DNA of 64,000 bases from Selaginella moellendorffii (Eukaryota > Plantae > Lycopodiophyta). Below are positions 11,726 through 24,561 of this stretch, one piece after another (position 1 is the stretch's first letter; the number at the start of each line of letters is the position of its first letter). Below the pieces are notes generated by a model, which searched no databases, was not told the DNA's origin, and saw nothing but the letters and a program-made list of their open reading frames with translations. The position numbers and the translations under genes were made by a program. Location: contig NW_003314309.1 of the NCBI RefSeq assembly GCF_000143415.4, forward strand, positions 1,177,199-1,241,198, given 5' to 3'.

Positions 11726-12784
11726 CTACCATCTGTGCTCGTATTCCTGCTTGTTCCATTCATCTCTTGCGGTTGGCTGTTGCCTTGAGCTTCCTTGCGG
11801 CCAGTTGTTTGAGTAATTGTTGCTGGTTTTGGGCCTCCATACTCCTGATCCATCAAAACGTCAGCTTGAGATGCGAAAACCTTGAGCTCCATACCTGTCT
11901 TGTACGAGTTTTCTTGCCAGTGTCTCGAGTTCCTGGCACCGCTGTTCCTCCAGCTCGAAGAGGAAGGCTGATTGTAGCGATTCTCCCAGCCTCTACACCG
12001 CTGCCGGTCTTGGAAAGCATCTCTGTCACCGCTTCGCCATGGATTGGCTTGGAAAGCATCCCTGTCACTGCTTCGCCATGGATTTGGCTGAGAATGCTGC
12101 TGCTTCTCGGGACTGGGCGGGAGGTCCCATCCCGTCGGAGGCAACGTTACCTCTTCTCTTGACTCGTTCGCCTGCGCGAAAGTACTGTCGAGCTTTCGTC
12201 GGCCATACTTTCCACCCTTGCGACGAGTGTTGGCCCTGTTGTCCGCCTCGACGATAAAAGCCCAGGCCTCGGCAGCTTCCTTGGACAACTTGCCTGGTTT
12301 CGTGTTCCAATCGATCTTCTCGTTGAAAACGTCCGGCTTGAGAGACGGGACGTTGCATGGCAGGTTTAAGTCCCTCGCACGCTTACGTTCCCTTGAAAAC
12401 TGTAGAGCCTCCAGAGCTCCAGAGTCGTCCCACTGCATGACATTGTCAATCTCGGGAAGGTATAGAGCAGCAGAAGAAGCATCCCATCCCCACCAGTCGT
12501 CTGCCAAAACAGAAAAAACAAAGACCGATCATCTCCGGATGCGAAAGAGAGAGAAAAATATCTAGGATCTAGAAGGACAACACAAACCATGATCATGAAT
12601 CTAGCACGGGAAGGAAAAGAAATGTAGGCTTTGGCGATGAATCGTAGGAGGAAACCATCGAATTGGGGCATCTAATCTATAGAACAAAAGAGGACATTGG
12701 AGAATCGCTGGCGCTCATACCACTTTCCACAGGCGCAGGGTAATCCGACCATCCTACCGCGTCCCCGGCGCTCTGATCCGCCAT
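11726..12784 (-). CDS. Conserved plant uncharacterised protein (family often labelled FK506-binding-like, WNDSAGEEAF/PDPD..ID.IDW type), 3 exons
   Basis: Spliced model MADQSAGDAVGWSDYPAPVES|DDWWG...DNVMQWDDSGALEALQ...NLPCNVPSLKPDVFNEKIDWN...KT|GVWRPK...EHRW*. Low-complexity W/N/R-rich tail with a 39-bp tandem duplication (PWRS.DRDAFQ x2). Confidence 0.65.
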
Positions 12785-13458
12785 TCCTGGCCCTGGCGGG
12801 GCATTCAGCTGCGCGGCGCCGCCCTAGTGCCACCCCGCCGCTCCATCTCCTCCAAAGAAGAAGCAATAGGGCTAGAAAATGGAGAAGAGCTCCTCTTTGT
12901 TAAAATCTCTTGTAAATCTTTCGTTGTAAATCTTTGTAAATCTTTCCTCGGTTTTTATCCGGTGGTCTCGTCAAGGCGACACAGATTTTCTCATGGTACC
13001 ATCCTTCTCCATCGAGTGGTGTGACAAGTGGCCACGTGGCGGGAAAAAGCTAGGGCTTGAATGGTCAGCGGTCTCAGGTTCTAGTCTCGTGGTCGCCCAC
13101 TTTTTTGTCCTTGCAAGCCATTTGTTTAGCCTGTCGAGAAGTAAATGCGCAGGGGCCGGCGTTAGGGTTCTTGGATCTTCTCTCTCTCTCTCCTCTCTCT
13201 CTCTCACGGTCAAGGTCAGCCGCTCCGGGCGATCGATCCATCGCTTTCACGCGTTGTGCTACCGTTGCGCGGGATTCGGCGGTGAGTGCCAGTCCATGGA
13301 TCGATTTGTCAAGACGGAGCTCGCGATTCCGATACTTTATCATTCTTGCGCCTTGGCGGCATGGGGGATGACGATCGTCCACAGTATCGATCGTGCTGGG
13401 GACGGCTGGATTGTCTGCTTGTAGGGATCCACATTGGCGCCAGGATTTTGGGGCCGCC

Positions 13459-15884
13459 ATGGAGAATGGGACGCTCCTGGTGGACATCGCGCTCTCCATC
13501 CGTATGATCATTCATATGTGCGAGAGTGCCAAGTCGCAGCAGGGGAATTGCTTGGTCCTGGCAGCGCAGCTGCGGCTTCTCAAGCAGCTCTTTGATGAGC
13601 TCCGGCAGTCCAAGTTCCCGCTGTCCGACGCCACGATCGAGGCGTTTGGATCGCTCCAGTCGGCGCTCCAGGGGGCCAAGGAAGTTCTTGGGCAATGCAG
13701 CAAAGGAAGCAAGATCTACTCGGTAAGCTTCTCTTTGGGAAAGAAAATGGCACTGAAGTGTTTACTTTGGTTTGTCTCCTAGTTCTTGAAAAGTCCTCAA
13801 TGCGTGGACCAGTTCCAAGAGCTGAGCGCGGAGATCGAGACCATCCTTTCGGCGTCGCGACTAGTTTTGCCGAGAGTATCGAAGCAAGTCCAGTGCATGG
13901 TACGCACAGCCATGCTCTCGACAATCTCAAACTTATATTTTTGCTTTGTTGTTTCTTGTGCAACTTCCAGGCGGAGAACTGTGTCCTCGAGTTAAGAAAG
14001 GCAAGTTACTCCAAGGACGTGCTCGAAGAACAGATAAGACAAGAGATCGAGGCGCTGCTGTGCGATCACAGGGAAGGCAGGAAGGCCAGTCGTGAGAAGC
14101 TGGATAAGCTAGCTGGGTGCCTGGGAATCACCACCAAGGAACAGATATCTGAAGAGCTCAACGCGTTAGAGAAGGATCGAGGTGAGGCCGGGAGGAACAA
14201 AGACAAGCTGGAGGAAGAGTTTATCGACCAGGTGATATCACTCTTCATGCAGCTGGCCGAAGACAATTTCGACGATGGGGATGTCAAGGGTGAGACGCAG
14301 TCACAGGAGGTGCAAATCCCGGCAGACTTTCGATGCCCTCTGTCGCTGGAGCTTATGTATGACCCCGTAATCGTGGCTTCCGGACAGACTTATGAGAGGG
14401 CCTACATTCAGCACTGGTTGGATCAAGGGAACACTCGGTGTCCCAAGACAGGGAAACCGTTGGCACACATCAATCTCATACCGAACTATACCGTTAAGGC
14501 GTTGATAGCGAGCTGGTGCCAGACAAACGACGTTCCTTTGCCGAAAGTGGATGCTGTCAAGTCTACAAACTGGCTGCCACCAACGTTTTCCGAGGCAGAA
14601 GAGGCACGAGAGGATACCTCGGTCATTCCCAGTGGTCTGGATACTGACTGTGAGGAACGTAGCTCGGACCACGGTAGCTCGACTGGTATTGTCAGTGGCC
14701 GCAGAAAAGACAAAGATGATGTTTATGAGAAAAGGATGCCGAGCGGGCCTGTGATGAGAGTGAGATCCTCCAGCACGTACAGTAGCGAACTGTCTGGTGA
14801 AGTGGAGGCCCTGGGATTGTCACCGTCACGCAACAGTCCGGATCACTTTCCCATCTTCACGAGGCAAATGCAGTCGTCAAAGCAGAAAGAAAGGAAGAGC
14901 TATAAGAGCGTCTACGCAGGAGGTGATAAGGTAGCTGACGCTGGCATTGAACGGCTCGTTCAGAACCTGGCCTCTACGGACTTGGAGGCGCAGAGAAGTG
15001 CCGCTTCTGAGTTACGTGTGATGACCAAGAACAGTATCGAGGACAGAAACAGGATCGCCCATGCAGGAGGCATCACTCCCCTCATCGCTCTTCTTTCGTC
15101 CGGAGACGCACAGACTCAAGAGAACGCTGTAACCGCACTGCTGAACTTGTCTCTCAACGAGCACAACAAAGCCGAGATCGCCGAGGCTGGAGCGATTGAC
15201 CCGCTGATTGACGTCCTCAAGTCTGGGACCAGTGACGCGAGAGAAAATGCGGCAGCCACGCTTTGCAGTATTTCTGTGGAAGACTACAAGGAAAAAATCG
15301 GTGCTCGTGGCGCCATACCTCTACTGGTCGACTTGCTGAGAACTGGCACCCCACGGGGGAAAAAAGACGCAGCGTTAGCGCTACACAACCTTTCCTTGTT
15401 CCGGGAGAACAAGGTGAGGATAGTAGCGGCAGGAGGAGTGAAGCCACTGATAAATCTCATCTGCGAGCCGAGGATGGGAATGGTGGACAGGGCGGTTGAC
15501 GTGCTGGTAACGCTGTCGAGCATTCCCGAGGGGAGAATGGCCATCGGGGAAGAGGGAGGGATTCCTCCGCTGGTGGAAGTTGTGGAAGCTGGCTCGCCGC
15601 TCGCCAAAGAACGCGCTGCGGCCGCGCTCCTGCAATTGTGCACCAACAATCCCAAGTACAGGAGGACGACTTTGCAAGAGGGTGCTCTTCCTCCGCTATA
15701 TATTCTTTCACAAATTGGAACTTCTCGAGCAAAAGAAAAGGTCCGTCTTTTTTCTTCTTCTCTTTTCTTTTCTTCTTACTTTCCTTCTTTTTCTGTTTTG
15801 ACTCTTTTGTAGGCCGCTGGTATCCTTCGTCTTTTCAGGGAGCAGCGTCAAGCAAGCATGAGCCGTAGGAATAGGCATATGTAG
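13459..15884 (+). CDS. U-box/ARM-repeat E3 ubiquitin ligase (PUB2/3/4-like)
   Basis: N-terminal UND-like region, U-box IPADFRCPLSLELMYDPVIVASGQTYERAYIQHWL, multiple ARM repeats (TQENAVTALLNLS, RENAAATL, KKDAALALHNLS). Final exon AAGILRLFREQRQ. Confidence 0.95.
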
Positions 15885-15968
15885 TGCCAATGACGCAAAG
15901 GTACTACAATAGAACTTTTGCATCATACACTTGTTTCCTTGGTTTTAATTTTCATCGAAACGTTTTAG

Positions 15969-17247
15969 CTATTTCTTCTTCTTCGGTGGCTCAGCCTTTG
16001 GTGCCGCTGCTGGGGATAGCTCCTGAAACTTCTGTACGAGTGCTTGCTCTCGCTGGCTATACTCCTCCGCTAGCTGCTGCTTTGCAACCTCCATCTTCTC
16101 GCGGACTACAAACTCCACTGCTTCTTCGAGTGTCTGTGGCTTTCTCTTACGCTCTTCGGCCAGTCTCAAAGCTTCTGCCGCCGCCGCTGCCTCCGCTGCT
16201 GCCTGGGCTGACGCGTCTTGTCTGGCTTTCTCTTCCGCTTCAGCCGCTGCCTTCGCTGCTGCCTTTGCTGCCTGCGAGAGAAACAGAAACAGTACTTCGG
16301 GTCTTTCTTTCTAGGTAGTATAGAAGGTTTCTTACGAGGGCAGCTTCGTATTCCTCGGTGATCAAGGACTCCGACAAAGGTAAGACCAGAGCTGTTTCAA
16401 TGTGCACAGTCTCTGACTTTGTTACATGGCAGTGCTCCTTGTTAAAGCAGTAGGCGTAGAGGAAGTAGTGCTGGAAAAATCTGGAGAGCCCTGGCTGAGT
16501 GGTAAGTTTCTCAAGTTTTAGTTTTCTTGTTCGTTAAAGCACTGTAGACATCGTTCATGAAGTTCATAATACTAACTTTGAGGTTGTGCTCACGTTGAGG
16601 TGAAAAACTCGGTTGCCTTTTGGACGTCCACTTGAGTGGTAAAGGACGGGTTCTCGTTCCCGCACTCGCGGCAGCTGAGAAACATCATCTTGTCCTGGAA
16701 AGCCGTCTGTGCCTCGTCAAACGAGCCGTTCCCTGCACTTCAGTCGAAGGTAAATCCTCTAGAAATTCGCTGCCATTTCTTACTCTTGACAATGTCTAGC
16801 ATGTCCAGGCCCAGAGCATACAGCTGAAGAGTTTGGTCTGCGCTGAACCCAATCTCTTGCGAGAACCTGTTCCAACCTTTTTATCCTTCTTTCTCGAAAA
16901 GGTAGGCACTTACATTATGATCCCCAGGCAATAATCGAGGACAAACGCATTCCTGGCTTTTATCTTGTAGTCGTCCAGCATGAGGATCGTGGCGAGACAT
17001 CTGTGTGTCAAGCACAGTGGATCAGCACTGACAGTTCGCTGATAGAAATAGAGGTAACTTTCCTTTTTCTTTTTGTTCTTTTTGGTTTTATCCTTTGTGA
17101 GACGCAGCGATTGAGTACTTGCGTTGCAGCCTCTTCGACGCTGCTAGATGCGAAGGCGAGCACCTGGTTGAGCTGGTCGAGCGAGAATTCGCGCGAAAAC
17201 GATCCGTCCTCCCGCGGCACTGCTGGAGTTTCTTCCGCGTTCTCCAT
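15969..17247 (-). CDS. Flagellar central-pair C1a-32 / CFAP119 (CCDC189)-like protein, multi-exon
   Basis: Spliced motif DVQKATEFFTSTFFQHYFLYAYCF, upstream GFSADQTLQL helix and a C-terminal Ala/Glu-rich coiled coil. The pattern recalls the C1a-32 (CLAMP) family. Confidence 0.65.
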
Positions 17248-17458
17248 TGGCGTGGTAAAAGGCCTAACCGCTGCCACGGTGGCGTGATCTTGGACGAACT
17301 TTGGCTTCCATGGAATAACGAGAGACCAAACTCTTATTCTCTTTGGCTAGATTTTGGCGTCCCATTTCAGATTAATAGTTCCTGGGAGATGAGAGAGCGA
17401 GAGAGAAGAAAGGGGACAAAAAGAAAACATCAAAACAACACAGGCACCGTCTTCTTTG

Positions 17459-18850
17459 TCACTCGGGCTTTTGGGGAAGGATTTCTTCTTCCGGCTGCTT
17501 GTCGTGATTAAAGCGGACGACGATGCAGCTGACGTTGTCCATGCTTCCTTTTTTTATCGCTGCTTGCGTTAGTCTCTTGGCTGCCGACTCGGGATCCATC
17601 AGCGACTTGACAAGCATCACGGCTTCCTAAAGACAAAAAAACACCACATACCGAGTATACTTCAGACTTTTGGCCTGAAGGGATTGAAACAAAAAAAAAG
17701 AAGAAGAACAAAACTCCACCTGATTCGTGACCACGTCCCATAGGCCGTCGCTGGCGATCACGAAAAACTCCACATCTTCCGTTATCACCTCCTCCTAAAA
17801 TAAAGAGAGCTTACAATCGACGACTTCCTAAAAACAGCTTCGAACCTTTATCTCTGGAATGGCAACAACGAATTGCTTCAAGAGCCTGTCTCCAAACGCT
17901 CGTGAAACTGCCAGGACGCCTCCCACACGCCAGGTGCCTGTTAGCACACACATAAGCTGGCGTGTCAGAACAAAGCACTCAAACCTGCGTGTAAAAACAT
18001 AGAAAAAAGAGGCTCCACTTACCAGCCCACGTTACAAATCCTCCCGCACTCTCAATCCGTTCCTTCTCGTCTAGTCTGCTTGGTTTGTGATCGATTGACA
18101 GCGGCACGGCTGAAGAATGAAACACATTTCCGAAAGATAAGAGAAAAGAAGAAGGAAAAGAAAAAAAGAAAAGAGGAGAAAATGAAGTGATGATCTTTAC
18201 CTTCGCCAGCCCTGCTCATTACTGCTCTCGAGTCTCCAACATTGGCGACAATGAGCTGATTGCCAACCAGTAGTGCAGTGGAAGCCGTGGTTCCAGCGTC
18301 TCTGAACTGGTCCTTCTCGTCTTTTAGATAGTCATCGTCTGTTTGCTTGTAGGTGTCAGCTGCAGGAAAACAAGGACACACTTGGCACCTCAAGAGAAAG
18401 AAGATAAACGATCATATACCGATTGCAAACTTGATGTCGCTTGTGAATTGAGGATGGCTGATCACATTCTGGAAGAGGTTCTTCTTTACAAACTCGGCAG
18501 CTCGAGGCCCTCCGTGTCCTAGGACAACACCAAGCAAACTATGACATTACCACACGCTAGAAACAGCACACAAACACATAGCTCGTACCGTCAAACACTC
18601 CAAAGAGCCCGACTTCCTGACCATCAACTTTGGCTATCCTGGCTTCAATGAAATCCTCCATCGACGCTCTTTTCCCGCACTGCCCGCAGTACCCAAACGA
18701 GAAACGTCTATCTTCACTGAACAACAAGAACCGGAGTTTAGTTTCCTAGACCAAAAAAACAAAAAACAAAAAAACACAAAAAGAAATAATAGAAGAAAGA
18801 GAGTACCTGAAGCCACCGCCACTGAAATTCTCCTTCCAAGGCCCATTCAT
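17459..18850 (-). CDS. Protein phosphatase 2C (clade F2 / WIN2-like), multi-exon
   Basis: Motifs [80 protein letters not shown]. Confidence 0.95.
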
Positions 18851-19703
18851 GATGCGAGAGGACGAGTTTCTCAACTCAGGCTGTCATAATCCCAAAAGAA
18901 TGCTCTCCCTGCATATATACGTTTTTTTTTCACGACCATCGAATCAGAGGCTCTACACTCCCGCTGCTCGCATTCTCACGAAAAATCCCTCTCAGCAACT
19001 TCCACGATAACTTCCATAATTCTCTTTGAAGAACAAAATAAGAACCAACAGAGAGGAAAAAAAAAATGAATAGATAAAAAAAAACTTGGCGAAGAAGCAC
19101 CAAACCAAAAGAAAGAAACGCTAGAAACGCGCAAGCAACGCTCTTGCTCCTCTTGCTACAGACCTAATCTCCAGCCATGGCGATTTCTAGGGCCACATAC
19201 CTCGAAATTGAGCTGACTAGGGCTCTTGCCGCGGGGAAATCCGAGCGAGAATGGATTGGATCACAACACTCTCGATCTAAGCCCGCGAATCGCCCGGCGC
19301 CGCATTGCTCTTGCGTCCTCTTGCTCCACTCGAGGCAGGCGAACAGGGGAGGAAAAGAATGGGGGAAGCGAAGATAGAAGAGAAGGAAAAAAAGAATTAA
19401 CACACACTACCTATACATCTACGAATACAATGTATATCCAGCCATGGTTTCCAGTTTAATCCCCACCGACACGTGGCGGTATTTCCAGGTGGACCCTCTC
19501 ACGAAACTTCCATGAAAGGATTACAGCAATCCAAAAAATCATCGCATCCATCTCTCTCGAAACTTCACACCCAAAAGAATATAAAATTTACAGCAATTTT
19601 CTCGCCAGCATTTTTTCTCCCTGTTCTTCGATCGATTCTTTTCTTCGTCATTCTATCAGCTTTGATCTTCTCGTCTCGCAAGTTTCTGAGCAGCGCCACA
19701 CCA

Positions 19704-21044
19704 CTATCCATCGTGATCGTCAGCTTTGATCTTCTCGTCTCGCACTTTCTTGAGCAGCTCCACCACTTTGATCATGCTGGGACGATTCTCGGGGCTCGTT
19801 TGCGAGCACCACTGAGCCACTTGAACGACCTGTTTGAGCTCCACCTCGTTGAAGTTCCCGCTGAGCTTTGGATCCGCGATATCATCCAGCCTTCCCTCGT
19901 AGATCATTGGAGTCGCCCACTCGACTATACTTTGCTTGACACTGCCACTGCTCTTGACGTCGATACTATCGCTGCTTGTGATCTTATCACCACTGCTGCT
20001 GCTGTTGGTCTTATCACCGCTGCTGCTTTTGCTGTTCACGCTTTTAGCGCTCGCGGAAAATCCCTGCTTTTCCACTGGCTTTCTACCGCTCACCAGCTCG
20101 AGGAGCAAAACTCCAAAGCTGTAAACGTCGCTCTTTTCTGACAGCTTACCATCCCCTGGAGTCGCGTGGTCCGGTGGAAAATACCCCATGGCCCCAGCAT
20201 TTACAGTGCTCGTCTCTGGCACAAGCTCCGCGAATCCAAAGTCCGCTACCTGTGCTTCGAACTCCGCATTGAGGAGCACATTGCTGCTCTTCAAATCCCC
20301 ATGGATGATGTGAGGCGTTGCGTGGTGGTGCAAGTACCTGGATAGATTCGTGCGAAACTTAGTTCTTGGTAGCAAAGGAAAAAGATGGAATCGAAAAACT
20401 TACGCTAGAGCTTCGGCAGAGCCAATGGCGATGTTCATCCTTCTTTCCCAGTCGAGGTTTGACTCCGCGGCCAAGTGTCCGTGTAAATGCGCTGACAAGC
20501 TTAAGTTCGGCATGTAGTTGTACACCAAAAGACGCTCTTTGCCTTCGGCGCAATAACCACGCAAGCTCAGTAAATTCTTGTGACGGACTCTTCCCAGGAT
20601 CTCGACCTCCACAGCAAAGTCAATCTCTCGCTTGGAGCTCCACAGCTTTAGTCTTTTCACCGCAATCTGCCAAACACATTAATTTCGTCGCAGTGAATTC
20701 CCCCGCTATGAAGAAGGAAGAGTAAAGGTGTGAACTTTTCTTCTTTTCTTTGCGGCTTACTTGAGATCCATCCCAGAGTTGTCCCCAATACACGCTGCCA
20801 AACCTTCCCTCCCCGAGTTTGTTGTCGTAATTGAAATTGTTGCTCGCGTTCTGGAGCTCCTTGAGCGAAAACAATCTCCACCCGGCATCCTGCGACCTGG
20901 AAGTGAAAGAGATCCAATCAAGTAAGAAATGAAGGACTCTGGCTTCCTCGTATCCAACACCAATCCAAAACGCGAGAGAGCTCGACAACAGAAGTACCTG
21001 TCGGCAGAGGTTCTAGCTCGAAAGCAGCTCTTGAAAAAGACCAT
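19704..21044 (-). CDS. PTI1-like receptor-like cytoplasmic kinase with an atypical activation segment
   Basis: WRLFSLKELQNASNNFNYDNKLGEGRFGSVYWGQLWDGSQ, FAVEVEILGRVRHKNLLSLRGY, HGDLKSSN, ADFGFA, SDVYSFG. Three introns. Confidence 0.92.
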
Positions 21045-21889
21045 CCTGCCGGATCCAGGCTTTTACAAGCTCCGGCTCCTCATTCTCCAATTCCCATTCA
21101 TCGCCCTCTTCGAATTCCCAGCCGGAGGGATCTCTCTGTCCACGGAAGTTGACAGATCTGGTAAATCTTCCTGGAGCCAAAGGCATATAAGAAAGAAAGA
21201 CAAGAAAGACGAAAGAAAGGAGAGAATGGGGCCAAACCCAAGAGACTGTTTGTGAGTGTAGTACCAGCGCATAGCTTCGCGGCGTCCTTGGCTAGACTTG
21301 GCGGGGGCGCCATCAAAGGCGCCACTAGAAAAGATAGAAATTAGGTGCCAAGCCAGTGTGGAAGACAGAGAAAAAGGGGGAAAGAAAGAGGGAAAAAAGC
21401 GGCAGATTTCTTACTTGACGCTGATGCCGTGACTGCCGTTCCCAGCGCGGATGCCGATGCAGCACCAGCCAGTCAATCTGCCGCGTCGTTCTCTTTTCCC
21501 CTCCATCGCCATCGCCATGTGAAATGCCAGGGCCCAGCCCTAAAATAAAAGTAAGAACCCTAATGTGCGATGACGTGGCAGAATGGTAGTTTCCATCGGA
21601 TTAAATTTATTCAATTCTTAGCTTTTATTAATACTATTAAATTTATTAATCACATCTTTTCAAAAATCTCATAAACCATTTAATATTGTTATGGTTTAGT
21701 ATTTGTATTATCCAATATACTTAAACAACTTCTCACTTGCATAATATAAAAGATGTTATATTATACTTGACATTTCTATGAAATTATTAATCCAGATTTA
21801 GTTTGCTTCTTAATTTTAAATTAATTATACAAAAATTCAAATATGTGAAAAGTTTCACACTTTATGCGTTTTAATGCTCTTTTCTTATT

Positions 21890-22430
21890 TACCATATATA
21901 AATTTATTTACCCAATATATACGATAAATATCGGGTACTATCGTATACAATATATTACCGATATTACCCAATACCCAGTATATACCCAATATATCGTATT
22001 TATTTACGCCCAATATCATCTTCCTATATGGTAAATATGAGGAAGACGAGGCTCTGAAGCCGTTACTGGACAACTTCAGGATGTCTACGAACTTCTCTCA
22101 CATTTCTGGATATTACTGAGCAGCAAAGGGGACTTCCGCAAGCAAGTGTTTCAGGAATGTCATGAGGGAATTCTTGCTGGACATCCAGGTGTAGCAGCCA
22201 CTACATTGGCAGTTCAAAAGCGTTTCCACTAGATGTATTCCATTTCCACTGTATATAGTATAGTATAGTATACTGGATACTGGAAATGGAATACATCCAG
22301 GCAGCCTATATACTAAAGGATGGGTATCGTACATATATATGGGTAATATCGTATATACCCAATATATCGTATATCGTAATAAATAAATAAATAAATATTT
22401 ATTTATTTACCTCATATTGGGACAATACAT
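21890..22430. mobile_element. Non-autonomous TE-like remnant: AT-rich subterminal-type repeats flanking a gypsy integrase H2C2 fragment (~22036..22232, +)
   Basis: Repeated tatatacccaatatatcgtat / tatcg motifs on both sides. Internal FRKQVFQECHEGILAGHPGVAATTLAVQKRFH* resembles the integrase zinc-binding domain. Confidence 0.55.
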
Positions 22431-22971
22431 ATTTTTGATAAACTATATTTTCAATCATAATGTTATGTGTTTCATGCATCATGAATTTCATGAAATAATA
22501 TATAAAGTGTCTATTGTTGTATTGTATCAGTAATAATGGAAGCTAAAATGTCTAATATATGTTCTACTCAAATAAATATAAGATCATGTCCTAGTTATAC
22601 TCTATAATTATAAATTAATTATAATGTTATAATTGATAATTAAATGTTAATCACCCTAGTAATTTTTTCAATTGCATTTTCATCTTATATGGAAATTAAG
22701 TTCAGCTTATATTTCCCAAAAGTAGAATGAGAAACAGAATGTTAACCCTGTTATGTAAGGGTTCTAAGGCTTTGATACAGTTTTTTTTCCTAGGAGACAA
22801 AAATAAAGCCATACAGCTGCTTAATAAAGATTTTAGAAGAATCAAACAAAGAATGTCATATTGATAATAATTAAGGGAGTATGGTTATGTATGAATCAAT
22901 CACTTGCTATACAACATTTCTATAATATCAAATAATTACTTGCTAAATAAAATACTCTATTGTCATTAACT

Positions 22972-23282
22972 TTTTGGTTTGCTTAAGCAAACTTGATAGT
23001 AGTGGATATATTTAGAATATGCTTAGATATTCTAGGATATTCTACCATCTAATGGTTGTTATTCATTTAGATTAATTTTTTATTTATAATTTATAAACTT
23101 TCTTAAACACTTTCTAGTATATTCTTTTTTATTCTACCATCTAATGGTTGATATGCAATAAGATTAATCTTATATTTATACATTATAAACATGTTTATAA
23201 TTATAAAATTTTATTCGATTAATTAAATTAATAAATAGGAATAAGAAAACAAAGCGTTGCTACATGCAACATGTAGCAAAAA
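22972..23282 (+). repeat. Dispersed AT-rich repeat (inverted copy at 51405..51615)
   Basis: ttttggtttgcttaagca...tagaatatgcttagatattctaggatattctaccatctaatggttgttattcatttagattaa and ttgctacatgcaacatgtagcaa recur as the reverse complement at 51.4-51.6 kb. Confidence 0.75.
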
Positions 23283-24074
23283 ATGTTTTAAACCTCTTAA
23301 AAATCTTTCTTAACATTTTCAAACTTCAATTGCTTTTGAAAATGGGAGTGAATCTGTATAATTCCCAAATATGAATTCTGTAAGAAAAATGGATCAGAAT
23401 AAATACACCCGCAATTTAATCTATGGAAACCATCTATCCTTGCTTAGTTTTTCTTCCAAGAAAAAAAATGACATAGCGAGGCTTCCTAGAGTTTTTGATG
23501 GAATTCAAGGACTGTACCCTGGCAAATTTTCCAGACACATCCTGAAAGTAGAAAGAAAAAAAACCCAAAAGAAAGAGCCAAAAATCACAGAGAGTAATCT
23601 TTGCTGTTGATATGGAAGTTCTTTTTTTGTTCTTGCCTGAGATGTAGATCGAGACCTCCTTGTACTATGCCGAATAGATTTTTATCCCTTGATTCAATCA
23701 CAAGGGATTTATGTCATTCTCAAGACTGGAAATTTCTACAAGACGATACAACTACAACAGGTCCTCGCATCAAGGAAGCAATGTATCGGACTCTCCGGTG
23801 GACCAATCGCTGCATATCTTCTTCTCGTCTCCTGCCACCACAGCTGATGAGCTTTGGGATCATTGGCTGCGCAGATGAAATCTCTTTGGCGAAAGTCACC
23901 TGTTGATGGCACGCCAGTGGATCGCATCGTTGGCATTGTCTTGGCTGCTTTGATCTTGACTATCTTCGTCTTCCAGTTTCCCGAAGCGGCGAGGCCAAAA
24001 GGTGAAAAAGTCCCCAATGTGTATGAAAAGCTATCTTGGATTTGTCCTCATCCGCGAGTGCTATTTAATAATAG

Positions 24075-24561
24075 CCAGAGTGGGCCTAATTCATCAAAAA
24101 GATCCTCCACCCTAGGAATTGGATACTTATCTTTCACAATATGTTTGTTGAGCTGCCTGTAGTCTATGCAGAGCTTCCAGGATCCATCCTTTTTTAGCAC
24201 AAGGAGAACTATGTGTTCCGATGGCACATGGCTTCGATGGAGGCCAGCGAACATACAAGCATTCGTCACTACATTGTTTTGGAACTAGGGTCTCCTACAT
24301 CAACACGAGTGTTCGTGTGCCTTGATCAGGAGGAGGACAAGTGGTTGACAACATGGTCCAGGAGTTAATGGTGCAAGAACTCATTGAGGACAAGCTCATT
24401 CACAGCCTTGTGGGAATGCCAATGCCAGCTTCTTAATCTCATCCAGCAACATCGCCAACTGATGTCCTGTATTGCATCATTCTTGTCACATTCCCTAGGG
24501 TCCCTCCTGAGACGCCTAGCACACTCTCAACCTAGGAGCCTTGTCAAGATTCTCTTCCTCC
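24075..24561 (-). mobile_element. Degenerate Ty3/gypsy fragment (RT N-terminus); target of the hAT insertion; probably continues after 27563
   Basis: [42 protein letters not shown]. Confidence 0.8.

Noticed and set aside
19473-20141. 222-aa plus-strand ORF
   Set aside because: Antisense shadow of the last kinase exon.
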